Part shown: positions 42,016 to 51,036 of the stretch, one piece after another | Position numbering within the stretch: the first letter of the stretch is position 1 | How the letters are laid out: each line of letters starts with the position of its first letter | Source of the DNA: Candidatus Micrarchaeota archaeon | GTDB lineage: Archaea > Micrarchaeota > Micrarchaeia > Anstonellales > Bilamarchaeaceae | Assembly: GCA_030648615.1 (NCBI GenBank) | Contig: JAUSHJ010000045.1 | Location: forward strand, 25,071-89,070 | Length of the DNA: 64,000 nt | Direction: 5' to 3' | The notes under the pieces: model-generated | The model's database searches: none | What the model saw: the letters and a program-made list of their open reading frames with translations, nothing else | What the model was told of the DNA's origin: nothing | Made by a program: the position numbers and the translations under genes

Positions 42016-42129
42016 GTTTATACCTAACAAGATTATTTATAATCCTTATTTAAAAGTTATCGAATTTCAGGTGGAAAGGTGATTGAGGATTGAGTAACAA
42101 TTTAAACATATGTGAACAATAAACTACTT

Positions 42130-42777
42130 ATGGCAACACAATTAATTAACAGAAAAACTGCACTCACAGAGCTCACAAGAATTCTTAAAAAAATAGATAG
42201 ACGAGAAGCTTTTCATGAAGTCGGAACTTTAATTGAAAAAATATTCGATCCAAAAACGCCTACATACGAACTGGACAGATTTAAAGTACAGATAATTTTT
42301 TATGAAAACGGAAAGCACATGCTAATTCCTCTGGACACAAAAAAAGCATATGAAGAACTCAGACAAGCATTAGATGAAGTTCTGCGTTTACGAGGCTATA
42401 GAAGTAATATACTGACATATCAGGAACATTGTCTACTAGGAAGCACTCAATCAGAAACTTTTGCCAGAGACCCATATAAACCAATAGGAATACTAAGGAG
42501 GGAATTAGGAATAGAAGAAACAATGCTTGCCAGAAAACTAGAATTGAAAGGCGGTGCCAGAGCATACTTCTACGGATTAAAAAGAGAAGGTATTATCGGA
42601 GTAACTACTTCGCTTGAACCACTTGATACAGAAGGAAGAACAGTGAGAGACCCGAGACCCATTAGCATGGAAAAATTGGATGAAGCACTAGCAAAAGGAA
42701 TACCACTGGAACAAATATTCGATCTCTGTGTAATTCCGTTCGTGAAGGATCCCGAATTTCCATTTAGAAGAGAGTAG
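42130..42777 (+). CDS. Hypothetical protein
   Basis: ORF without recognised family; start approximate. Confidence 0.6.
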   Translation: MATQLINRKTALTELTRILKKIDRREAFHEVGTLIEKIFDPKTPTYELDRFKVQIIFYENGKHMLIPLDTKKAYEELRQALDEVLRLRGYRSNILTYQEHCLLGSTQSETFARDPYKPIGILRRELGIEETMLARKLELKGGARAYFYGLKREGIIGVTTSLEPLDTEGRTVRDPRPISMEKLDEALAKGIPLEQIFDLCVIPFVKDPEFPFRRE

Positions 42778-43353
42778 CTATTTCTTCATCTTCTTAAGCA
42801 TTGCAAACATCTTACTGCCATTAAGCCATTCGCAACCAACCTTATTCGCGAATTTCAAAACACCTTCATCACTACTAACTAAAGTTGCCTCTAACTCTTT
42901 TGCAAGCATAACTAACTCAAAATCCTCTTTACTGTCAAGTAAACCTGCACGAACAGCATCCCTATATTTCTCTCTTAACTTCTGAAGTTTAACATTATTC
43001 TCAGGTTTATTATCCTGAGCATATTCCTCTGCCAATCGCAATCCTTTATTCATGCGACCTCGCACGTCCTCAATGAAATCGTGGAGCACTGCAGCAGGAA
43101 GATAAAGTGCATAAATATTTGGTGCTCTTTTTTTTATATGCAATTCAAATTCACTTGAAATTTTTTCTCCAATAAAATTCTTCAACTCCATGAATATCAA
43201 AGAGGGCATGTAAAACTCTGCATCCAGTTTAGATATCATTTTGATGAAAGATTTTACTGCAAGCGGAGGGGTCTTACCGAATTTCTCCCGTGCATGAGGA
43301 TTTACAAATAATGAAGTATCTAATACAAATCTTCTGGTTAGTACCATAGGCAT
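42778..43353 (-). CDS. HARP protein-only RNase P (Aq880/UPF0278, RNA ligase partner PIN family)
   Basis: RFVLDTSLFVNP, RGRMNKGLRLAE, LREKYRDAVRAGLLDSKED, SSDEG. Confidence 0.92.
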   Translation of the reverse strand: MPMVLTRRFVLDTSLFVNPHAREKFGKTPPLAVKSFIKMISKLDAEFYMPSLIFMELKNFIGEKISSEFELHIKKRAPNIYALYLPAAVLHDFIEDVRGRMNKGLRLAEEYAQDNKPENNVKLQKLREKYRDAVRAGLLDSKEDFELVMLAKELEATLVSSDEGVLKFANKVGCEWLNGSKMFAMLKKMKK

Positions 43354-43389
43354 GAACTCAAGGACAAGGATTAAATATATTGCTGAAAA

Positions 43390-43480
43390 AGGACAAAATA
43401 ATAAAAATTTTGTCCTGTTGTAAATTCTTATAGAATTTACAGTAGAACTAGAAGCCCCAGGATTCCAAATCTGGAACCTG
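43390..43480. repeat. Three adjacent hairpins upstream of HARP
   Basis: AGGACAAAAT-aataaaa-ATTTTGTCCT; TGTAAATTCT-tat-AGAATTTACA; CAGG-a-TTCCA-aatc-TGGAA-CCTG. Confidence 0.65.
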
Positions 43481-43515
43481 AGACCCTAGAACCTATATTT
43501 ATTGTCTAGCAACTA

Positions 43516-44739
43516 TTATTTTTTCTTTGTTGTATCTGCACTGGTATTCTTTTTGAATTTCTTATAGATTTTGTATATCACAAAGATAATGATTACTGTA
43601 GGAAGCAGGAATCCGATTAATCCGGATAGCACCAGCAAAGCAGCTGATAGAGCAGCAAAGAATGTCCCTGTAAGATCTTCCAAAGGCAATTGGAGATTTG
43701 TCTTAACAGTAGATTTATCTTCTGTAAGTGTTACATAGACAAGAGACTTCTCCGGTCTATTCTTCTCATCAACATCTTTGCTTAGTTGTTTGACTTCTCC
43801 CAGAGCCTTGGCTTTCTCCATGAAAGAATCGAGCTTGTTCGAAGAAACTTGCACTACAGCATAGTATGTTTTCTGACCTGTTGATTCTACGAATCTAAGA
43901 GAACTGATTGATCCTCCTTCATCTGCAACTACAGCCTTAAGCGAATCAAGTGAAGTTGAAAGTTTCCCCTCATTTACCTTAACAGTCATATCTCCTTCTT
44001 TTGCTTCCGATGCAGCAACATCTTCATAGAGATCAAGAGTTATTGTTGACTTTTGTATCTTCCCTTCAAGTGTCCCCTTTTCATTTTTTAACTGTTCTAT
44101 TTCTGTTTCTATTCTTGTAATTTCTCTCTCAACAGTTATCAAATCTTCTACTAGTTCACTTTTATTATAAAGAATATAAAGTCTCTGCAACTCGATGTTT
44201 TTGTTTTGCAATCTTAGATCCAGATCACGATATTGTTTTGTAACATCTTCGATATTTACATTTGCTCCTTTTAATTCACCTAAATTTTTCAACTGTTCAA
44301 AAACACTATCAAATTTTTCAGGAGAAATCTTAAATGAAATAGAATAATGTTTTTGACCACTATATTCATCGTAAGATGTTGAAATTACGGTTCCACCTTG
44401 GGTTTCTACTATGCCTGTGGCTCCCTTTACTTTTTCATCAAGCTGACCACGTTCAAGCTTTATAGATATGGAGCCTTCTTTTGTTTTTAACGGCTGTTCA
44501 CCAGTAAACGTATCTGAAACCTTAGCTTCGTAATTAGCCCCGTCACTTAATGGAGCGTCTGAATAAGAAATAGAATTCTCATCTGAAAATGTATTAGAAG
44601 AAGATGTTACAGGAAAATAATCTGAACTAGATATATCATTTTTTTGTTCAGTAGTAGAATTAATTCCGGATAGACCAGCACATCCTGCAGACAGCAAGAA
44701 AATTCCAAACAGCAAAATAAAGAAAATGTTCAATTTCAT
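43516..44739 (-). CDS. DUF4349-like lipoprotein with duplicated domain and C-terminal TM
   Basis: LSAGC lipobox, EDVTKQYRDL, LITVEREITRIETEIEQL; GG.I.S...LGE repeated twice. Confidence 0.8.
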   Translation of the reverse strand: MKLNIFFILLFGIFLLSAGCAGLSGINSTTEQKNDISSSDYFPVTSSSNTFSDENSISYSDAPLSDGANYEAKVSDTFTGEQPLKTKEGSISIKLERGQLDEKVKGATGIVETQGGTVISTSYDEYSGQKHYSISFKISPEKFDSVFEQLKNLGELKGANVNIEDVTKQYRDLDLRLQNKNIELQRLYILYNKSELVEDLITVEREITRIETEIEQLKNEKGTLEGKIQKSTITLDLYEDVAASEAKEGDMTVKVNEGKLSTSLDSLKAVVADEGGSISSLRFVESTGQKTYYAVVQVSSNKLDSFMEKAKALGEVKQLSKDVDEKNRPEKSLVYVTLTEDKSTVKTNLQLPLEDLTGTFFAALSAALLVLSGLIGFLLPTVIIIFVIYKIYKKFKKNTSADTTKKK

Positions 44740-44847
44740 AATTTATATTAAAAAGTAAAAGAATAAGAATGATTCGAATTTGTTAACATTTGCCCTAAAC
44801 ATTTTACTTTCTAGCAATCGCTCTGCCCTCTAGCAATAACTCTACCT

Positions 44848-44979
44848 CTCAATTGTCCAATATTTTGGACAACATTATTGTCCAGCGGGACAATATGCAT
44901 CTTGTTGCTCATAGCAACAAGCTTTGACGCATCTGCGTCAAATTTTGTCAGGATTTTTATCATCCTGACAAAGCTTGTC
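44848..44979. repeat. Tandem-hairpin element, copy 5 (five hairpins)
   Basis: TTGTCCAA-tatt-TTGGACAA; ATTGTCC-agcg-GGACAAT; CTTGTTGCT-cat-AGCAACAAG; TTTGACGCA-tc-TGCGTCAAA; TTTGTCAGGAT-ttttatc-ATCCTGACAAA. Confidence 0.92.
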
Positions 44980-44985
44980 TACCAA

Positions 44986-46035
44986 CTATATTAACTTAAT
45001 TAACCCTCTTCCTATTTCTGGAATATTCCCACCGAGCAGACTAGTTGTTGAAAGTACGAATGAAAAAACTATTACCATTGAAATCATTGGCAAGAAACAT
45101 ACTGATACGGTAAGTTGTTTGAGAATTGCAGGCGAAAGGACATTGGTCAATGAATCTATGTCGCCCCTGTAAGCATTAATCCATGAATTAACCTCATAAA
45201 CTTTTGATGGATTAGCATAGCCACAGTATTGAACTTCTTCAAGAGCAGGTAATGCACATACGTAAGCCACTGGATTATGAGTAATAGAATTAGAAACAGC
45301 GGTTGGATCAGCTAAAGTGGGTTGACCCATAAAACTTGGTCTTATAACAGGCAAAGAAATCGCTGATGAGATAATATAGGTAAACGGAAATATAAAATAC
45401 AACCCTAAAGAAAGCGCCATAACATAACCTCCTGCACCTCGAGTAGGTGGAAATGCACGAAGAATAACACCTAAACTTAAAATGAAAAGACCATATGAAC
45501 CTATGAACTTAGATATGTGAATAAGCAGATAATAAAAAAACATGTAGAATTGTGTTAATTCTGTGGCATTTTTTATGCGCTCAGCAAGTATCTTAAAACC
45601 AAAACCGCTTGCATGCTCACTCATGAATATTTCCATATATACAGATGTACCGGCTTCAACTGGTATGCTAGCGACATAGAGAGAACGCATTAAAGTTCGA
45701 GCACATGCTGCTGCCGGATCCATGTACATTATCATAATATCAGTAAGATGTGTACCAGGAGGAAAAACAATCTGACCTGGAAGTAAGCCTACTGAAGTTG
45801 CATAAAGATTCGTAGCTATACTTACTAGCATGCTCTCTCCGCCTGTGACAAATGTAATTAACATGAGAACTATAAAAACAGTTGAAATTGCATAAATAAG
45901 TTCAGTTTTGGCTGTCTGCTCAAGATTTTTTAGATCAAAGACTTTGGAAAACATGTATACTATTGCTGAGGCTATGATAGCTACCATGGAAACTGAAATA
46001 GCAATACCTTCCCAACCTACCACGTATTCTACCAT
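44986..46035 (-). CDS. Polytopic membrane protein, CedA/VirB6-like paralog 6
   Basis: LGVILRAFPPTRGAGG motif shared with five neighbours. Confidence 0.65.
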   Translation of the reverse strand: MVEYVVGWEGIAISVSMVAIIASAIVYMFSKVFDLKNLEQTAKTELIYAISTVFIVLMLITFVTGGESMLVSIATNLYATSVGLLPGQIVFPPGTHLTDIMIMYMDPAAACARTLMRSLYVASIPVEAGTSVYMEIFMSEHASGFGFKILAERIKNATELTQFYMFFYYLLIHISKFIGSYGLFILSLGVILRAFPPTRGAGGYVMALSLGLYFIFPFTYIISSAISLPVIRPSFMGQPTLADPTAVSNSITHNPVAYVCALPALEEVQYCGYANPSKVYEVNSWINAYRGDIDSLTNVLSPAILKQLTVSVCFLPMISMVIVFSFVLSTTSLLGGNIPEIGRGLIKLI

Positions 46036-46036
46036 T

Positions 46037-47266
46037 TTATATCAGCCTCGTAAGTGAATTGACATCTATTTCTTCGCCCAATGTCTTACTAAGATATTTA
46101 ACACTTTGAACAAACAATAATACTTGGAATGCAGGTAATAAATAGCCTATTACCAGTCCCATACCAACAGTAGCCATAGGTATTAGAAATGCGGTTGTTA
46201 CAGCAGCACCGAAAGCTACGGAAATCAGTTTACCTATCATGTCCAAAAAGCCAACGGTAACATTTTTGAAAAAATCAAAAATAATATCTCCCGTGTTCTT
46301 GGACTGTTCTTTTAGCGAGTCTGCTTTAGAATCTACAGTATGTGCAGTAAGGCCATAGATAGTAACACTTGCAAAATTATTTATATTATTATCGTAGACG
46401 TTTATTATGGAATCACTAGTTGTGAACAGCATTATGTATGAGGCATTTACATAGAGAGGATAAAGAAGCATGAAACCTATGGCTAACGCTATCAACGTCC
46501 CACCAAATCTACGAGTTGGAGTAAAACAGCGGAGAAATATACCTATTGGAAGATAATATTTTAGACAAGCTGCAATGGCAAATTTTAGTACGTTCAACTG
46601 TGCGATATTAATAATGAGTGCAATTGCCAGTGAAGTAAAAACATTGTAAATCATTTGTTTTAAAGGTGCGGCAAAACCAGCACCTGGAGTAGCAACTATA
46701 CCTACACCCAATGGTCTTGAATATGGAGTAATGGAAGCTAATTGATCGAGCCAAAGGTTTAGTGCATAATTAACATGCATCCAACCTTCAATCTTATCTG
46801 TTATTGAAGTGAAATATTTTTCAGTAGTATCATAAAAACCTAAACTACTGATAGCAGGATCAGTAATACTGGGAAAAACTGCCCCTAGCGTAAGAGAACA
46901 CATTGGAACCATGGCAGCTATGAAAGAACCTACAATGATTACACTTGCAAAAACTTCAAATAATTCTAATTTTACAAAACTTCTAATAGTATCAGTTTTA
47001 AAAAAATAGGAAAACATGTAAAGAAAAGTCAACAGCATGATAGATGCTACGATAGCTAATGGCCAAAATGGGACCCAGGTAGTCCAGAAATCTGAATCGG
47101 CAGCACCTTGAGAGCATATGAAAGCCTGGAGAGAAGAATTTGCAGGTGCACCTCCTTGACCACCTGTGGATGGTGTAGAACTCAGCCCTTCCATAGTACA
47201 ACCTGAAAGCAAAAGTAGAATTGCAAATGAAAGGACATAGAATAGTTTTTTAGTCATCATATCCAC
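46037..47266 (-). CDS. Polytopic membrane protein, CedA/VirB6-like paralog 5 (lipobox-like LSGC)
   Basis: IGIFLRCFTPTRRFGG motif. Confidence 0.65.
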   Translation of the reverse strand: MDMMTKKLFYVLSFAILLLLSGCTMEGLSSTPSTGGQGGAPANSSLQAFICSQGAADSDFWTTWVPFWPLAIVASIMLLTFLYMFSYFFKTDTIRSFVKLELFEVFASVIIVGSFIAAMVPMCSLTLGAVFPSITDPAISSLGFYDTTEKYFTSITDKIEGWMHVNYALNLWLDQLASITPYSRPLGVGIVATPGAGFAAPLKQMIYNVFTSLAIALIINIAQLNVLKFAIAACLKYYLPIGIFLRCFTPTRRFGGTLIALAIGFMLLYPLYVNASYIMLFTTSDSIINVYDNNINNFASVTIYGLTAHTVDSKADSLKEQSKNTGDIIFDFFKNVTVGFLDMIGKLISVAFGAAVTTAFLIPMATVGMGLVIGYLLPAFQVLLFVQSVKYLSKTLGEEIDVNSLTRLI

Positions 47267-48513
47267 CTTGCAAAAGACATAAAGTTAACATCCACACTCA
47301 ACCAACTCGCCACTTCTCTTGCAAATGTCAGAGTCGTAAAAATATTTATGAATGGCAATAATATGCTTATTATAACGATATAATAAATCGCACTTCGTAT
47401 GAGTTCAAACGCGGTGGTAAGTCCTGCACCTATAAAGAAAGGCACGAATACCCCAGCAGCCAGGAATGAGATTGAAACTACAGTAAGTCCTACTCCCAGA
47501 AGGCCGCTATTAGTTACAAAATCAGTCATAATGCTCTTCTGCGACGTTACATCTACACCTAAACTATACTGAAGAATAGTATGTGCTTCATGAGTTACTA
47601 AAAACATAAACGGATACATTATCGCAAAACTAAAGAAAAGCGCTAATATTGCATCTCCAGCACCTCGTAGTGGTGGAATTGCCCTTAGAACTACACCTAG
47701 AGGAATGAAGAATGTCCATGTCCATTTTTTTATCATGCATAGCATGACTAAATGTATTATCCACTCACCTAAACCTACGGAAAGAAGCTGCATTGTAAAA
47801 CCCAGCATATCGACTATGGGCTTAAGTATTGGACCTAAATTAAATGAAAACATAGCACGCCAGGTTATTCCAAACCACATGGTAGCACTGAAAAGAGTAT
47901 GAATTATTGTATTGTATATCAAAAGAAAACCATAGGCTGAAGAAATTTCAGCTATCATTTGCCTGGAAAATGCCATAGATGCATCTATCATCGTATTCTG
48001 CTGGAGAACTGGATCGGTAGTGGTAAATGTTTTAAATCCATACCAGGTTTGACTTGCTTGCATAAACATAACTATGAATAGCAAAGCCAGAACAGTCCTG
48101 CCAAGTTCAAACATCAAATCCTTTGATACAGCAACAAGATTCTGAGACTGAAACAATTGACTAAACATGTAAATCAGGATTGCAACAAAAAGCACAATTA
48201 GCACAGACATGATGACATAGTTAGTCCATTCTGCACCGAATATGGTTAAATATTCTTTTGGAACACCTGGAACAGTAGAAACCCAGGATGTACCGCAACT
48301 ACCTGGGTCCACAATATCATAAATAGTACTTGCTGCAGCATTTGCTTGAGCACCCCCTCTTGTAAAACCAGGAATGTCATTAACGAATTTACTTATGGTG
48401 TCAATTATACCAGTACTTGGAGGGGGTGAAGTCTGCGCAAATGAAATTGTAGAAAGCAGTAGCACTAGTGCAACCACGAAAAATATTTTTTTGTTATCCA
48501 GTTTGTAATTCAT
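47257..48513 (-). CDS. Polytopic membrane protein, CedA/VirB6-like paralog 4
   Basis: LGVVLRAIPPLRGAG motif; probable start MNYKLD with signal peptide. Confidence 0.65.
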   Translation of the reverse strand: MNYKLDNKKIFFVVALVLLLSTISFAQTSPPPSTGIIDTISKFVNDIPGFTRGGAQANAAASTIYDIVDPGSCGTSWVSTVPGVPKEYLTIFGAEWTNYVIMSVLIVLFVAILIYMFSQLFQSQNLVAVSKDLMFELGRTVLALLFIVMFMQASQTWYGFKTFTTTDPVLQQNTMIDASMAFSRQMIAEISSAYGFLLIYNTIIHTLFSATMWFGITWRAMFSFNLGPILKPIVDMLGFTMQLLSVGLGEWIIHLVMLCMIKKWTWTFFIPLGVVLRAIPPLRGAGDAILALFFSFAIMYPFMFLVTHEAHTILQYSLGVDVTSQKSIMTDFVTNSGLLGVGLTVVSISFLAAGVFVPFFIGAGLTTAFELIRSAIYYIVIISILLPFINIFTTLTFAREVASWLSVDVNFMSFARWI

Positions 48514-48529
48514 AGAATCATCAGTTTGC

Positions 48530-48634
48530 TTTGACATCTTTGATGTCAAATATCCCAATTGTCGTTTGACGACAATGGGCATCTTGTTGCTTCAAGCAAC
48601 AAGCTTGTGTCAGCATTTTTCTGCCCTGCTGACA
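48530..48634. repeat. Tandem-hairpin element, copy 6
   Basis: TTTGACATC-ttt-GATGTCAAA; CCC-a-ATTGTCGT-ttg-ACGACAAT-GGG; CAT-CTTGTTGCTT-c-AAGCAACAAG; TGTCAGCA..TGCTGACA. Confidence 0.92.
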
Positions 48635-48678
48635 ATGCTCTGCTGTGCAAATCTGTAAAGTAACATAGTTACTTCACA

Positions 48679-50034
48679 TCATATAAGGTGTGTTAAACCA
48701 GCTATTTCTACATCTCCACCCAAAGTTATTGAAATACTTCTTATTGCTGCAATGGTTGCAAGAACTCCGAAGAATGAAAAAAATACAGAGAAGAAAGTTA
48801 ACCTTGACACAACATCCATTACTCCACCGTCTTCAAGTGAAATGGATACGAAATTATCATAGAATTTTTTCTTTCCCAGATTACCTGTAAATGTAGTACC
48901 AACACCTTGTAACTCTTTTAAGTCAGCATCACTCAACTGATTCGTACGAGCAGTTAGATCTGCATCACCATTAGGTAAATTTAGATTAACACTTGGGAAA
49001 TAACCATCTGGAGAAGCACCATCTGCAATTTTATCTCTTGTAACTTGAGGCTCAACTCCAACTAAACTATAATAATCAAGCTGCTGCTGATTGAGGTCGT
49101 AACTGCCAGTGAGAAGTGGCACTTTACCGTTTATATAAAGATGATCTGCAATAGATGGGATATTATCAGGACCAAGGTATGCGGCATGCTGTATAGAAAT
49201 GGCTAACATTGCACCAAAAACATAGAACATAGGAAATATATAGAATAGTGCAAGAGCGATAGCCATGAGCAAACCCCCAAGACGCCTAGTAAATGAAAAT
49301 GTCCTAAGTACAAGACCAACAATGAAGAGATTTGGAAATAGTGCCTTTGATACAAAAGCTATTAGTATTTCCTGAAACTTGGTAAGCGTCATCATCTTCA
49401 TAGCAAAATCAAACCCAGCAGTCTTCATCGCATTACCCATGGTAAAAAAACCACGCCAGGGAGTTATGGTGAAGAAACCTGCTTTGTCAGTAACGAATTC
49501 GATATTTATCGCAAAATCAGCTATTGTTGAAGTAATCATGTATGATTGATAAATCTTAAATGCAACGTTTGAAGTTTCTTGGAAAATAGTATTTAAATAA
49601 TATATGGAAAGACGAATATGGCAATGAGGTATGTCAGCATAGGGAGAAACTGAACTAAGTGCAAGTGGATCTGCAGCTCTATCGTAATTAGTACCTGGTG
49701 CAAATGAGCATATATCCTGAGTTACATATTTACCTGGATTTGCAGCATCTGGAAAAAACCCTTGAGTAAGATACGAAGGATTAGACCCAGAGGAATCGTG
49801 CAATATCCCATAAGCAACACTGTCAAACATACCTATCCAAGAGAAAACTGCAGCAAGAAGAATCAGTGAATAAAATATTTCAAACAACTCTAATTTTGCC
49901 CATAGTTTCATCTTGTCATCTACAAGAACACTACCGAACATATACACCAGTGAGACTAGCACGGTACTTATTACCACTAATATGACCGCAACGAAACTCC
50001 ACGAAGAATATAATGCAGTTAGTGAATCAACCAT
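48679..50034 (-). CDS. Polytopic membrane protein, CedA/VirB6-like paralog 3
   Basis: VGLVLRTFSFTRRLGG; C-terminal GGDVEIAGLTHLI. Confidence 0.65.
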   Translation of the reverse strand: MVDSLTALYSSWSFVAVILVVISTVLVSLVYMFGSVLVDDKMKLWAKLELFEIFYSLILLAAVFSWIGMFDSVAYGILHDSSGSNPSYLTQGFFPDAANPGKYVTQDICSFAPGTNYDRAADPLALSSVSPYADIPHCHIRLSIYYLNTIFQETSNVAFKIYQSYMITSTIADFAINIEFVTDKAGFFTITPWRGFFTMGNAMKTAGFDFAMKMMTLTKFQEILIAFVSKALFPNLFIVGLVLRTFSFTRRLGGLLMAIALALFYIFPMFYVFGAMLAISIQHAAYLGPDNIPSIADHLYINGKVPLLTGSYDLNQQQLDYYSLVGVEPQVTRDKIADGASPDGYFPSVNLNLPNGDADLTARTNQLSDADLKELQGVGTTFTGNLGKKKFYDNFVSISLEDGGVMDVVSRLTFFSVFFSFFGVLATIAAIRSISITLGGDVEIAGLTHLI

Positions 50035-50038
50035 AGTA

Positions 50039-51034
50039 TCAACTACTTTTTCCAGATAGGAATTTCATAAATGCGTTTATAAACGCAAGAGTTATCGTCG
50101 CTGAAAGGGCAGGAATAAATAAACTCGGTATTGATAACGCCCCTAGCGATTCTATTATGGGAAAGAAAAATGCTGGAGTTGCTATTATATTGACTCCGAA
50201 TTCTGAGAAAAGAAACTTTACAAATGGGGCAATAATGGGAATTCTTCCAAGTGGATTTTGATTATTACCAAGAACACCGAACAGAACCCATTGACCGCCA
50301 CAAAGCATAGTAACATCAAAAGTTTTTCCAGAATATATCTGGTCAGGCTTAGGGAAACCCATCAGTTGATCGTTATAAACCTGCATACTCAGGATATATG
50401 TAAGTGGAAAAACTGACTGAAAACCTATTGCTATGGCTATCAGAAATATACCTGCCTGTCTAGTTGGTGGAAAGAACCTTAGAATAATACCTGCTGGAAA
50501 TACAAACGGCAGCAATATGGCATCGATGATGACGAAAATAGTAGACTGTGCGGTAAGGCTCCCGTAAACTGCTATAAGTCCGTAGCCAACAACATTAGTT
50601 ATGGAAACCAGAGAATCTATACCTGGAAATAGTTTATAAGACAGAGTAAGTACGTACTCCCCAATACGTCTTTGGAAAGTACTAAGAACAGAAAGGCATA
50701 CCTGAGCCCTGAAAACATCAGTTATGGCATTTTGAGTACTCTCTCTTATTTGATAGATATAACCTATGGCAATATCTATGGCAGATTGAGAGGAACCACC
50801 CCCAACAATATCTGAAGCAACTGTGGAAGCAATGAAATTAGAAGATTCTAAGAAAGCTATGGAAAATATTACTATCAACAATGAGACAAAAACCTCTTGA
50901 AGTTCTATATTGAAATATGCTTCCAGTTCATTAGACTGAGTAAGTTTAGCTGCCATATAAGTAAGTGCTAGGAAAATAGTCATGATGAAGCCCATGATGA
51001 ATATTACCCAACCGTAGATAGCTATGTCAACCAT
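50039..51034 (-). CDS. Polytopic membrane protein, CedA/VirB6-like paralog 2
   Basis: AGIILRFFPPTRQAG motif. Confidence 0.65.
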   Translation of the reverse strand: MVDIAIYGWVIFIMGFIMTIFLALTYMAAKLTQSNELEAYFNIELQEVFVSLLIVIFSIAFLESSNFIASTVASDIVGGGSSQSAIDIAIGYIYQIRESTQNAITDVFRAQVCLSVLSTFQRRIGEYVLTLSYKLFPGIDSLVSITNVVGYGLIAVYGSLTAQSTIFVIIDAILLPFVFPAGIILRFFPPTRQAGIFLIAIAIGFQSVFPLTYILSMQVYNDQLMGFPKPDQIYSGKTFDVTMLCGGQWVLFGVLGNNQNPLGRIPIIAPFVKFLFSEFGVNIIATPAFFFPIIESLGALSIPSLFIPALSATITLAFINAFMKFLSGKSS

Positions 51035-51036
51035 TT

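Noticed and set aside
48514-48582. N-terminal extensions of ORFs 47257 and 36728 given in the track
   Set aside because: They run through hairpin elements; downstream ATGs precede clear signal peptides.
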